NCBI GenBank assembly: GCA_965197395.1
Contig: OZ240205.1
Coordinates: 1,787,107-1,851,106, forward strand
Source of the DNA: Vicinamibacterales bacterium
GTDB lineage: Bacteria; Acidobacteriota; Vicinamibacteria; Vicinamibacterales; UBA8438
Length of the DNA: 64,000 nucleotides
Direction: 5' to 3'
The first letter of the stretch is position 1. Each line of letters begins with the position of its first letter. Below are positions 28,649 through 38,410 of this stretch, piece after piece. The notes below the pieces were generated by a model that saw only the letters and a list, made by a program, of their open reading frames with translations, was not told the origin of the DNA and ran no database searches. The position numbers and the translations under genes are program-made.

Positions 28649-29713
28649 ATGACCAGTCGCTTCGCGTGCCTCACGGCGAGTGTCGGAGTCGTCGCATCGT
28701 TTGCCTGCGGCGCGTCCACGCCCTCGGCCGACTCTCGGGCGACCGTAGCCGCAGCTTCGGCGTCGGCCTCGGTGTCGTCATCTTCAGAGGACGGGACGCA
28801 GGCATCGGGCCCCCGTCAGCAGTTCCCCGGTGCGTGGTCGCTGTCTCGCATCGAGCGACGCAACGCCGAGGGCGAGCTGTTGTCGCCAGCGATCGAGGAT
28901 CGTCTCGGATACCTGATCTACGACGCGGCGGGGTACATGGGCGTGACCCTCATGCGCCCCGACCGGGTACCGTACTCGGAGGACGGGCCGACGGCTGACG
29001 AGGCGCTTGCGCAGCTGGGCAGCTACACGTCGTATTTCGGGCGGTTCACCGTGCACGAGGACGAGGGGTTCGTCACCCATCACCTCGAGGGTAGCCTCGA
29101 TCCGAGCGGCGCGGGTTCGGACTACCAGCGCTTCTACACCTTCACCGACGACAGCTTGACCCTGCAGCCGCCCCCAGCAGACGACGGGTCGAAGGCGTTC
29201 CTGACCTGGGAGCGTCTGCCCGACCTGATGGCATCGGAGGTGACCGAGACACACCGGCAGCTCTTCGGTGCCTACCGCTTCGAGTCGGTGTCACGTCACA
29301 CCACTGATGGCTATGAAGTGCCTGCCGATCAGTATGAGACTGCGTACATCCTGTACGCGCCGTCGGGACACATGTCGGTGCATCTGATGCGACCGGGCCG
29401 CGTGCCGTACGCCGGCGACCGGCCGACCGCTGACGAGGCGTTGATGGCGACCGAGACCTACGGGAGCTACTTCGGGCCGTTCTCGGTGAACGAGATGGTC
29501 GGGTGCATCACCTGTCCGGGACCACGCGATCAGGGGTATCTCGTCCATCACCGTGTCGGGAGCGAGAACCCTGGAGACAGCGGGACGGACGCCCGGCGCT
29601 ACTACGAGCTGACTGACACGCACCTCACGCTGCGACCTCCGGTGCGCACCGACGACGAGGGGCGCGAGGTCGTCTCCGCGCTCCGCTGGGCGCGGCTGTC
29701 TGAGGGACACTAG
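28649..29713 (+). CDS. lipoprotein-like protein with two lipocalin-like domains
   Basis: MTSRFACLTASVGVVASFACGAS, with an RBS GGGAGGAGG upstream. Two repeats of RLGYLIYDAAGYMGV...MRP.RVPY....PTADEAL....YxSYFGxF. Confidence 0.7.
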   Translation: MTSRFACLTASVGVVASFACGASTPSADSRATVAAASASASVSSSSEDGTQASGPRQQFPGAWSLSRIERRNAEGELLSPAIEDRLGYLIYDAAGYMGVTLMRPDRVPYSEDGPTADEALAQLGSYTSYFGRFTVHEDEGFVTHHLEGSLDPSGAGSDYQRFYTFTDDSLTLQPPPADDGSKAFLTWERLPDLMASEVTETHRQLFGAYRFESVSRHTTDGYEVPADQYETAYILYAPSGHMSVHLMRPGRVPYAGDRPTADEALMATETYGSYFGPFSVNEMVGCITCPGPRDQGYLVHHRVGSENPGDSGTDARRYYELTDTHLTLRPPVRTDDEGREVVSALRWARLSEGH

Positions 29714-29718
29714 CCACC

Positions 29719-31536
29719 ATGAGCTATACGATACGCACCCACTCCCCTGCGGCCGTGCGTGCACCCGTGGTCGCCGTGGCGGTGATGATGCTCGCGTCGG
29801 GCGGGGCGCGCGTTGAAGCACAGCCTGCCGCTGACTTCACACCGGTAACCGACGCCATGCTTCAGCAGCCGGCGCCCGACGACTGGTTGATGTGGCGTCG
29901 CACGCTCGACAGCTGGGGCTACAGCCCGCTCGACGCGATCAACAAGGACAACGTGGGTGCGCTGCGCATGGTCTGGACCCGGGCGCTCACGGACGGATTC
30001 CAGTCGGGCACACCGCTGGCCTACGACGGCGTGATGTACATGCCGAATCCGAACGACGTCATTCAGGCGCTCGATGCGGTGACCGGCGACCTCATCTGGG
30101 AGCATCGACGCGATGTGCCTGAGGACGTCACCGAATATGTGTTTGGCGCGCTCGCCACCAACAACCGGAACATCGCGATCTACGACGACCTCATTCTCGA
30201 CACGAGTGTGGACGATCATGTCTTCGCGCTCTCCGCGATGACCGGCCGGATGGTGTGGGAGACCGAGGTCCTCGACTACACCGTGAACCCGGCAACGCAG
30301 GGCTCCGGCCCGATCGTCGCGAACGGCAAGTTGATCACGGGACGCAGCTGTTCCCCGAAGGGTGGACCGGAGGCATGTGTCGTCACCGCCCATGACGCGA
30401 TAACGGGTGCCGAAATCTGGCGGCGGCGCCTGATTCCCGGGCCCGGCGAGCCTGGAGACGAAACCTGGGGCGACGTGCCGTTCGAGGAGCGGTTCCACGT
30501 CGGGGCGTGGATGGTGCCGAGTTATGACCCGGCACTGAATCTCGTCTACGTCGGGACATCCGTGACGGCGCCAGCCCCGAAGTTCATGCTCGGAGGCACC
30601 GACAACAACCACCTCTATCACAACTCCACGCTCGCGCTCGACGCCGACACGGGGGAGATCGTCTGCTATTACCAGCACCTGAACGACCATTGGGACCTCG
30701 ATCACCCATTCGAGCGATTGCTGGTCGACACGGCGGTGGCGCCCGACCCGTCGGCGGTGAGCTGGATCAACCCGCGGTTGCGGACCGGAGAAATGCGGCA
30801 GGTCGTCACCGGCATCCCGGGGAAAACCGGTGTCGTCTACACCCTGGACCGCGCCACGGGCGAGTTCTTGTGGGCGACGCCGACCGTCACGCAGAATGTC
30901 ATCAGTAGCATCGACGGCGCGACCGGGGATGTGGCGGAAAACTCGGAGGTCGTCTTCACCGCGCTGGGGCAGGAAGTGTTCGCCTGTCCGACTTGGAACG
31001 GAGGGAAGGATTGGGAGGCGGGCGCCTATAGCCCGCTGACGAACACGATGTATATGCCGCTGCGGAATACGTGCGCGCGCATGATGGCGACCAACACCTT
31101 TCCGGAGAACGCCGAGGTCGCACGAAACGAGAGCCGCTCTGAGAACTACGCGATCGTCTACCGCCACCAACTGACGCCCGGCACCGAGTACGCAGGCACC
31201 GTCCGAGCGATTTCCGCTGAAACCGGCGAAACGGCATGGCTCTACGAGCAACGAGCGGCGACGATGTCACTCGTCGCGACCGGTGGCGGGCTCGTGTTCG
31301 GTGGCGACGTCAACGGGCGGTTCCGGGCGCTGGATCACGAGACGGGGGAGATACTCTGGGAGATCAACCTCGGATCGTCGGTCACCGGATTTCCGATCAC
31401 CTACGCCGTCGATGGCCGTCAGTACGTGGCGGTCAGCACCGGTTCCGGGGGCACGTCGGCGCATTTCACCGGCTTGACCCCCGAGCTCCGGCCGAGCTCG
31501 GGGAACAACCTCTTCGTGTTCGCCTTACCGGACTAG
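29719..31536 (+). CDS. PQQ-dependent dehydrogenase (8-bladed propeller, methanol/ethanol family; no Cys-Cys pair)
   Basis: DDWLMWRRTLDSWGYSPLDAINKDNV, GTPLAYDGVMY, YYQHLNDHWDLDHPF, FPITYAVDGRQYVAV. Confidence 0.9.
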   Translation: MSYTIRTHSPAAVRAPVVAVAVMMLASGGARVEAQPAADFTPVTDAMLQQPAPDDWLMWRRTLDSWGYSPLDAINKDNVGALRMVWTRALTDGFQSGTPLAYDGVMYMPNPNDVIQALDAVTGDLIWEHRRDVPEDVTEYVFGALATNNRNIAIYDDLILDTSVDDHVFALSAMTGRMVWETEVLDYTVNPATQGSGPIVANGKLITGRSCSPKGGPEACVVTAHDAITGAEIWRRRLIPGPGEPGDETWGDVPFEERFHVGAWMVPSYDPALNLVYVGTSVTAPAPKFMLGGTDNNHLYHNSTLALDADTGEIVCYYQHLNDHWDLDHPFERLLVDTAVAPDPSAVSWINPRLRTGEMRQVVTGIPGKTGVVYTLDRATGEFLWATPTVTQNVISSIDGATGDVAENSEVVFTALGQEVFACPTWNGGKDWEAGAYSPLTNTMYMPLRNTCARMMATNTFPENAEVARNESRSENYAIVYRHQLTPGTEYAGTVRAISAETGETAWLYEQRAATMSLVATGGGLVFGGDVNGRFRALDHETGEILWEINLGSSVTGFPITYAVDGRQYVAVSTGSGGTSAHFTGLTPELRPSSGNNLFVFALPD

Positions 31537-31882
31537 CCCGGTGGTCGCCGATCTCGATCAGCTCCATCACCTGGAAGCCATCCGCGCGCAGCTTCATCCC
31601 CGGGTCCCACTGCTTGAGGCGCAGCATGAGGGAGCCGCCCTCTTCCTCGATGGAGATGAGCTCGATCATGTTCGTCGCGCCGTCGGCGGTCGACCGCACG
31701 AGCGCGGCGATGGAGCCCGCCTCCGGAATGGCCCAGCGCTCCTCGAGCGTCCCGTTGCCGGTGTTGCCCTTGTAATGCCCGGTCATCCAGGCGAGGTCGG
31801 AAACTTTGGCGGCCGGTCCCGCAGCGAACGCCGGGGCAGACGCAAAGAGGACGAGAGCAAATCCGAGTAGCATGCGCCGCAT
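31466..31882 (-). CDS. small secreted protein (DUF6265-like pattern)
   Basis: Signal peptide MRRMLLGFALVLFASAPAFA, then LAWMTGHYKG...LEERW. The 3' end overlaps the convergent PQQ gene by ~70 nt, so the true stop or extent is uncertain. Confidence 0.45.
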   Translation of the reverse strand: MRRMLLGFALVLFASAPAFAAGPAAKVSDLAWMTGHYKGNTGNGTLEERWAIPEAGSIAALVRSTADGATNMIELISIEEEGGSLMLRLKQWDPGMKLRADGFQVMELIEIGDHRASPVRRTRRGCSPSSAGARGSSR

Positions 31883-31975
31883 GGCGTTCTCCCTTCGAAG
31901 TCGTGAGCGGACGGTGCACCGTCCGCGTGGTCGGCCTCATTATAGTCGTGATTCCCCACTCCGTTCATTGCTACC

Positions 31976-32392
31976 ATGAGCCCAATGGCCCTTGACGAGC
32001 ACGCCCTTTTCACCAAGAAACCGGAAACCCGACCGGCGCGGTACCAGTGTCCGCGGTGCCGGCGGACCGGCGACTACCGAGTCCGGTGGGTCCGACACGC
32101 GAAGAAAGATCGGTTGCCGGCCGGGGCCGACCGGGAAGACCGGGAAAAGTTCGACAAGCTGCGCGACTACCTGCTCCGTCTGGACGACGACGTCACGTGC
32201 AAGACCTGCGGCAAGCGGTTCGAGATCCCGTCGCAGCACTCCCTGCTCTTCGTGGATCAGCTCGCCGGTCTGCCCAACGAAGATGACCTCGAGCGTGAAA
32301 TCATCGCCGCGTCGGGAGAAGACGAGCCAGCCCCCGAGCGCAAGCCGGCGTTGCCGGCCCGGTTCACACGCAAGATGGGCGGATGGAAGTAA
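31976..32392 (+). CDS. zinc-ribbon hypothetical protein
   Basis: CPRCRRTG ... CKTCGKRF forms a four-Cys ribbon. 138 aa with an acidic tail. Confidence 0.5.
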   Translation: MSPMALDEHALFTKKPETRPARYQCPRCRRTGDYRVRWVRHAKKDRLPAGADREDREKFDKLRDYLLRLDDDVTCKTCGKRFEIPSQHSLLFVDQLAGLPNEDDLEREIIAASGEDEPAPERKPALPARFTRKMGGWK

Positions 32393-32402
32393 GGACGACA
32401 TC

Positions 32403-32672
32403 ATGAAGCGCATACACACACTCATCGCTGCAGTTCTCGCCGGTCCCCTCGTCGCGACGACCGTGATGGCGCAGGGACTGCCTACGGTCGCGGCCTCGGA
32501 GGTCGGCCTGTCCGACGAGCGTCTGGGGCGACTCGCGGAGGTCGTGCAGGGCTACGTGGACCCCAAGGAGCATCTGCTCGGAATCTTGCTGACCCAGATG
32601 TTCCCGTCCGGGTCGGACATCCAAGAGCGATTCCGGATCATGGCGTACCAATCGATTGTGGACAGCGAGTGA
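32403..32672 (+). pseudogene. serine hydrolase (beta-lactamase-family) remnant with the core deleted
   Basis: Signal peptide plus GLSDERLGRLAEVVQGYV (typical N-terminus) joined directly to a C-terminal-like FRIMAYQSIVD. The SxxK catalytic region is absent. Confidence 0.4.
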
Positions 32673-33591
32673 GAGCATGCTCCGAGCGTTCTCACGGATG
32701 GCCATCACTGTCGCGTTTCTGGGACTCACCGTAGGGTCGATCGGGGGCGCGCAGGTGCGGGGCGAGGCCGAAGTCCGAGACGCGACAGCCGAGCGCGCGG
32801 CTCGGGCAGCGCTCCACGCGTTCATGACCGAGTGGAACACGGCAGATGACGCGAGGTTGCGCGGGGTGCTGCATTTCCCGTTCGTCTCGGTGGGGGGCGG
32901 CGGGGCGCTGGTCATCGACAGTCGCCCAGCGGACTTCTCGCAGGGGTTCGACCAGCTGCGGGCCCGCGAAGGGTGGACCCGTAGCTCCTTCGACGACGAT
33001 TCGTACACCGCCGTCAAGTCCTCGCCGGACAAGGTGCATGCCGAGATCGACTTCAGCCGCTACGGGGCCGACGGCACGCCGTATCTGAGCTCGCGGGTGT
33101 TCTACATCCTGACCAGGCAGGACGACCACTGGGGGATCCAGCTTCGCACCCGCGCAGCCTCCCCTGCCGACCTCGGCGCCGACGAGCGAGCGGAGATCGT
33201 GAGCGGGGCCCGCCAGGCTGTGCTGGATTTCTTTACCGCGTTCAACAGCGGCGATGTGGCCGGGACGGTCACGACGCTCAATCACCCGCATCTCTTCATG
33301 ACGGCGGGTGGCGGGTTCTCGGTGGCCCAGGACGCCGCCGACGGACCGCGTCCCGACTTCGATCAGATGCGGCAGCGTGAGAACTGGCACATGAGCACCA
33401 TCGACGCGCTCGAGGCCAGCGTTGTCACACGGGACAAGGTGCACTTCGAGCTGACGTTCACACGCTGGCATCCGGACGGCACGCGCTACTGGACGGTTCC
33501 TGCCCTCTGGATTGTGACCCGCGCGGGGGGCCACTGGGGGATCCAGGTGCGCTCGCTCATGCCGCCGACGCTGGATGCGCGGGGCGACTGA
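32656..33591 (+). CDS. secreted protein with two NTF2/SnoaL-like repeats
   Basis: Signal peptide and two similar halves (AALHAFMTEWNTAD...HFPF... / AVLDFFTAFNSGD...NHPH...) ending in GHWGIQ. Confidence 0.55.
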   Translation: MWTASESMLRAFSRMAITVAFLGLTVGSIGGAQVRGEAEVRDATAERAARAALHAFMTEWNTADDARLRGVLHFPFVSVGGGGALVIDSRPADFSQGFDQLRAREGWTRSSFDDDSYTAVKSSPDKVHAEIDFSRYGADGTPYLSSRVFYILTRQDDHWGIQLRTRAASPADLGADERAEIVSGARQAVLDFFTAFNSGDVAGTVTTLNHPHLFMTAGGGFSVAQDAADGPRPDFDQMRQRENWHMSTIDALEASVVTRDKVHFELTFTRWHPDGTRYWTVPALWIVTRAGGHWGIQVRSLMPPTLDARGD

Positions 33592-33609
33592 CCTCGCGCG
33601 GTCGCCGAC

Positions 33610-34851
33610 TCACTCAACCGGTTCGATTCGTAGGAGCGCGGCCGCTCCGAGAGCCGGGTCGCTGCCGGCGAAACTGCCCCCCGTGAGCACGTAGAGCAGT
33701 CCATCAGGCCCTTGTTCGACGTCGCGAATCCGTTGTCGGAGGTCGACGAGCAAGGACTCCCGCCGCCGCTCTCCCCCCCCCTCGTTGAATTTGATCCGCT
33801 CCAGATGACCGGTGCGCTCGACACGCGCGGTCATGAGCGACCCTGCGAAGAGATCCCCACGCCAGGCGGGAAAGCGATCGCCGCTGTAGAACACCAGGCC
33901 TGAAGGCGCGATCGAGGGAATCCAGACGATCTCGGGCTGTTCCAGGTCCTCACGCCACGGTCGCTCCGTGACCCGTGGCCCCGAGTACTCGCGTGAGTAC
34001 GAGACGAGGGGCCAGCCGTAGTTGCGCCCGGGCAAGATGATGTTGACTTCGTCGCCACCCTGCGGCGCATGCTCGCTGGCCCAGACCGCCCCCGTGTCCG
34101 GATGGATGGCCAGACCCATCTGGTTGCGATGTCCCAGCGAGTAGATCTCCGGCTTGTGCTCGGCCAGCCCGACAAACGGGTTGTCGTCCGGTGCCGACCC
34201 GTCGTCGCGCAACCGCAGCACTTTTCCCACATGATTGGTCGGGTCCTGGGCGTGTGGCCGCCGTCCACCGAACGCGCCCCCCACCGTCATGAACAACGTG
34301 CCGTCCGGCGCGAACCGCAACCGCGAGGCGCCCGCGGCGCCGCCGCCCGCGTCGGCTACGAAGACGTCGCGGACGTCGGTCAACGCGTGTCCGTCCAACC
34401 GCCCCCTGGCCAGCGCCACGGTCGAGCCTGCATCTGTCGGCTTGGAGTACGTCAGGTACACCCAGCCGTTCTGCGCGAACGCCGGATGCACCGCGACGTC
34501 CATCAGGCCGGAGAGCGCCGCTCTGAACACATCGGGGACGCCCGCAACCGGCGTCGGATCCAGCGCACCATCTCGAATCAGCCTGAGGGTCCCCAACCGC
34601 TCCGTCACGAGCATGCTGCCGTCCGGCAGAAACGCGAGGCCCCATGGATACGTCAGGCCGTCCGCGACGATCGATACGCGGATCGCCTGTGCCTCGGCGG
34701 TGTCGTAGACCACCGGCGGGTCAGGCAGGGCGACAGCGGGGATGCCCCGCGCCGCGAACGGCTCCGCTTGAGGCTGCTGTGCGTCGAGCACCGGTGACGG
34801 TAGCGCCATCAGGGCTGTCACCGTGAGGATGAGGACGATTGTTCGCAGCAT
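33610..34851 (-). CDS. PQQ-dependent sugar dehydrogenase (soluble glucose/sorbosone dehydrogenase type)
   Basis: Signal peptide, LTYPWGLAFLPDGSMLVTERLGTLRLI, RLRFAPDGTLFMTVG, HRNQMGLAIHPDTGAVW, EHAPQGGDEVN. Confidence 0.85.
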   Translation of the reverse strand: MLRTIVLILTVTALMALPSPVLDAQQPQAEPFAARGIPAVALPDPPVVYDTAEAQAIRVSIVADGLTYPWGLAFLPDGSMLVTERLGTLRLIRDGALDPTPVAGVPDVFRAALSGLMDVAVHPAFAQNGWVYLTYSKPTDAGSTVALARGRLDGHALTDVRDVFVADAGGGAAGASRLRFAPDGTLFMTVGGAFGGRRPHAQDPTNHVGKVLRLRDDGSAPDDNPFVGLAEHKPEIYSLGHRNQMGLAIHPDTGAVWASEHAPQGGDEVNIILPGRNYGWPLVSYSREYSGPRVTERPWREDLEQPEIVWIPSIAPSGLVFYSGDRFPAWRGDLFAGSLMTARVERTGHLERIKFNEGGGERRRESLLVDLRQRIRDVEQGPDGLLYVLTGGSFAGSDPALGAAALLRIEPVE

Positions 34852-35002
34852 AGTCAGGCCTCCAGGGAACGGACGCCTCGCGACCGCGTCACGAAAGACG
34901 ATACCAAATGGGGTGGGGCCACGCCCGATTGGCCACGCCGGTCGTGGCGTCGCAAAGCCGCGCCTCGTGGTACAGTCAACATGACAACACGAGGTTCAGA
35001 CT

Positions 35003-36010
35003 ATGACCATCCGACCCTTCGCGTCTCTCGCTAGCGGCGTCGCGCTCGTGCTGCTCGTCCCGGCGGCGGCCGCCGCCCAATCCGGCAGCGGCTCGTCGCC
35101 CCTCAAGACCGCAGACGGGCACCCCGATCTGAGCGGGGTCTGGGATTTCCGGACCGTCACGCCGCTGGAGCGCCCGGAGGAGTTCGCCGACAAGGAGTTC
35201 CTGACAGAGGAAGAAGTTGCCGAGTACGCCGCCGAACGCGTGCGAGCCAGCAATGCCGACCTGGATCGGGAGCAGAAGAAGCAGGTGACGACGGCCCGTG
35301 GCCAGGTAAACGGCACCACGGAGACTCGGGACCTCGCGCTCGCGTACAACGACTTCTGGTGGGACCGCGGGACGGCCGTCGTCGAGACCCGTCGGACCTC
35401 GCTCGTCGTCGATCCCCCGAACGGTCGGATTCCCGCGCTGACCGACGCGGGCTCCGCGCGGGCCGCCGAGCTAGTCCGGATCAATCAACGGCCGACCGAG
35501 GGTCCGGAGGACCGTCCATTGGGCGAGCGGTGCATCACCGGCTTCAATTCAGGACCGCCCATGATCCCGGCCGCCTACAACATGAACGTGCAGATCTTTC
35601 AGACCGCCGACCACGTCGTCTTGTTCAACGAGATGGTGCACAACGCACGGATCATCCCGCTCGATGGCAGCGCCCACGGCGCGATTCCACAATGGACCGG
35701 TGTGTCACGCGGACGCTGGGAGGGAGACACCCTCGTCGTCGAGACCAAGAACTTCCTGCGGGAGACCAGCTTCCGGAATTCGACCAAGAACCTCCATCTG
35801 ATCGAGCGCATACAGCGAACCAGCGATGACGACCTGCTTTACAGCTTCACGGTGACCGACCCGACGACCTGGACCGAGCCGTGGACGGTGGAGCTTCCGA
35901 TGCGTCTGAGCGACCTGCCGATCTACGAGTACGCCTGCCATGAGGGGAACTACGGCATGGAAGGCACGCTGAGCGGCGCCCGTGTCATCGAGCGGAGGTC
36001 GGGCGAGTAG
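35003..36010 (+). CDS. secreted protein of the expanded uncharacterised family (short form)
   Basis: Signal peptide, DGHPDLSGVWDF, TSLVVDPPNGRIPAL, ERCITGFNSGPPM, EMVHNARIIPLDG, WEGDTLVVETKNF, YEYACHEGNYG. Confidence 0.8.
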   Translation: MTIRPFASLASGVALVLLVPAAAAAQSGSGSSPLKTADGHPDLSGVWDFRTVTPLERPEEFADKEFLTEEEVAEYAAERVRASNADLDREQKKQVTTARGQVNGTTETRDLALAYNDFWWDRGTAVVETRRTSLVVDPPNGRIPALTDAGSARAAELVRINQRPTEGPEDRPLGERCITGFNSGPPMIPAAYNMNVQIFQTADHVVLFNEMVHNARIIPLDGSAHGAIPQWTGVSRGRWEGDTLVVETKNFLRETSFRNSTKNLHLIERIQRTSDDDLLYSFTVTDPTTWTEPWTVELPMRLSDLPIYEYACHEGNYGMEGTLSGARVIERRSGE

Positions 36011-36057
36011 TCGGTCTCGCGTTGCGGTCCCGTTGCCGCGTCCTTGGTGGGTGCGGC

Positions 36058-38217
36058 TCACTCCGGCTTCGCAAAGACCCACAGTGCGGTGCCCCGGTCT
36101 GGAGGACTCTCGATCTCTGGCGCGAGCACCGAATACGCGCGGGTGAGATACCCGCCGCTCCCCGTGATGACGGCGACGTATTGCCGCCCGTCGACCGCAT
36201 AGGTGATCGGCGGGCCGTTCGGCACGTCGCTCAGCCGGGTGTGCCAGAGTCGATCGCCGGAGTCCGCGTCGTAGGCGCTAATCCGCCGGTCCAGCGACCC
36301 GGCGAATACCAGGCCGCCGGCGGTCACGAGGGCCCCGGTTGTCTGCGGCGCGCGTTGTCGCGCGATCCACACGGTCTCTTTCGTCTCCAGATTGATGGCT
36401 TCCAGTCGGCCATAGCTCCCGTCGCTCTCCGGGCGTGGTCGGACCGTCCAGCGCACGCCGGTGGTCAAGCTGCCACGCTCGCCTTCGGCCACCGGGACGA
36501 GGTCCATGCACGCCTCCACGATCGGCACGTAGACGATCTGCGTCCTCGGGTCGAACGCCGTCGGCGACCAGCTCCGACCGCCGCCCACATGCGGACAGAG
36601 CGATTTCGTCTCGCCATCGCCGGGAATGAGGCTCGGGTCCTGGGTTTTGCGACCGGTGACCGGGTCGATGAACGTGATCCCCGTCTGCAACCCGAGATCC
36701 AGTGATGACACGTACTTGCCGGTCCGCGCCTCGACGATGTCGAAGATGGCTTGCTTCCCGGCGGTCACGACCACGCGCGTCGGGACGCCGTTGACTGGGA
36801 GCTCGATGACCTGCCGCTCGAACGCCCAATCCAGATCCCATTGTCCGTTCGCCTGGTGCTGAAAATGCCAGGCGAGTCCACCGGTATCGGGATTCAGCGC
36901 TAGCGTGGTGTCCAGGTAGAGGGCATCGTTCGTGACGCCGTCCTGGGCGACCAGATCGCGTAACGGCCCGGTGTCGTAAGTGTTGCCCGTGCCAAAGAAC
37001 GCGAGGTTGGTCGTCGGGTCGTAGCTCCCCGGGATCCAGACCGAGGCACCGCTGCGGTGCTCGAGGGCCAAGCCGTTCCAGCTGTTGCCGCCCGGCTCAT
37101 CTGGACGTGCAATGGTGGCGAACCTCCACGCTTCTACCCCGGTCTCGGCGTCGAGGGCCACGATGTCGTTGCCCCCGCCACCCTGGCCCTGCGTGCCCAT
37201 CAGGACCTTACCGTTGGCCACGAGCGTGCCGCCTGTCAGGCGCATGCGGGACTCCGGATCCCCGACCTGCTGGTCCCACACGACGTCGCCGGTCTTGACG
37301 TCGAGCGCCACGACATGCAGGTCCGAGGTAGGCACGTACAGTCGCTCACCGTAAATCGACATGCCGCGCTTGAGGCTCGGCGACACCGTCCCCGGGAGCC
37401 GCCGGGCATACTCCCAGAGCATGTCTCCACTGGCGGCGTCGAGCGCCTGGACCTTGTCTCCGTAGCCGTGCACGAACAGGACGCCGTCGTGCACGATCGG
37501 CGTCGACTCGTTGGGGCCCATCGGCAGCGCCCACGACCATGCCAGACGCAGATCGGCGACTGTGTCGGTGGTGATGTCCGCGAGCGGACTGAATCCGGAC
37601 GCATCGTAGCTACGCCGCCACAGCAGCCAGTCGTCGGCGGGGGCGTTCTCGAGCATCGCGTCGGTCACCGGTCGAATACGGTCGAGCGGGTTGCGCCGGG
37701 CGGGCCATGGTGGGAGCGCGACGCCCGGCGCGAGCGCGCCCTGCGCCTGCCAGCCAGGCGCTATCCCGTCGAGCAGGTCGAGGTCGGCAGTCAGCGGCGT
37801 GGGGCCGGCTTCCACCCCATTCTCCTGCAACATCAGCGCGAGGAGCTCCGCGTATATCTCGTCCCCGAGCGCGCCCGGCCGGTCCTCCGGCATCGTCGTG
37901 CTCGTGACGGTGAAGAGTGCCTCGAGCGACCGCGGGCTCCACTTCACCCGGAAGGTGTTGCCCTTGAGCGGCGGGGCGAAGGGGCCGTCATCCAAGTTCT
38001 CGCCGTGGCATGACGCGCAGTGCTGCGTGTAGGCAGCGAATCCCGCATCTGCTTGCTCGGTGGTGTAGGTGGCGGGCTCGCGCTGGATCCGCCCCTGGGC
38101 CGCCTGCGCAACCGCGCCGTGGCTCACCATCGCTGCCGTGCCAAGCCAGAGGCCGATGACGCGCAGGCCGGGATTCGTCGCGCGACACATTCGGGTTCGT
38201 GGAGAAACGGCTGTCAT
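36058..38217 (-). CDS. PQQ-dependent dehydrogenase with N-terminal c-type cytochrome domain (quinohaemoprotein)
   Basis: CASCHGENL haem motif near the N-terminus, then DDWLLWRRSYDASGFSPL, WHFQHQANGQWDLDWAF, PPITYAVDGRQYVAV. Confidence 0.9.
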   Translation of the reverse strand: MTAVSPRTRMCRATNPGLRVIGLWLGTAAMVSHGAVAQAAQGRIQREPATYTTEQADAGFAAYTQHCASCHGENLDDGPFAPPLKGNTFRVKWSPRSLEALFTVTSTTMPEDRPGALGDEIYAELLALMLQENGVEAGPTPLTADLDLLDGIAPGWQAQGALAPGVALPPWPARRNPLDRIRPVTDAMLENAPADDWLLWRRSYDASGFSPLADITTDTVADLRLAWSWALPMGPNESTPIVHDGVLFVHGYGDKVQALDAASGDMLWEYARRLPGTVSPSLKRGMSIYGERLYVPTSDLHVVALDVKTGDVVWDQQVGDPESRMRLTGGTLVANGKVLMGTQGQGGGGNDIVALDAETGVEAWRFATIARPDEPGGNSWNGLALEHRSGASVWIPGSYDPTTNLAFFGTGNTYDTGPLRDLVAQDGVTNDALYLDTTLALNPDTGGLAWHFQHQANGQWDLDWAFERQVIELPVNGVPTRVVVTAGKQAIFDIVEARTGKYVSSLDLGLQTGITFIDPVTGRKTQDPSLIPGDGETKSLCPHVGGGRSWSPTAFDPRTQIVYVPIVEACMDLVPVAEGERGSLTTGVRWTVRPRPESDGSYGRLEAINLETKETVWIARQRAPQTTGALVTAGGLVFAGSLDRRISAYDADSGDRLWHTRLSDVPNGPPITYAVDGRQYVAVITGSGGYLTRAYSVLAPEIESPPDRGTALWVFAKPE

Positions 38218-38410
38218 GATGGCCTCGTTTCAGGTGTCACGGGCGCATTATGTCGCGAATCACCGCCCCCGGCGAAGAGGATGTCGTACGTCCTTGACTT
38301 TGCCGAGACCCGGGTGTAGCACTCACTCATGCGAATCCGGTTCGACGGGTCTGACCGTCGCAGGCGGGCCGCACGGTGGCGACGAATGGTCAAGAAAGTA
38401 GGGTCCTGAG

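Noticed and set aside
29710-31251. 513-aa minus-strand ORF
   Set aside because: Antisense to the PQQ dehydrogenase 29719..31536, with no motifs. GC artefact.
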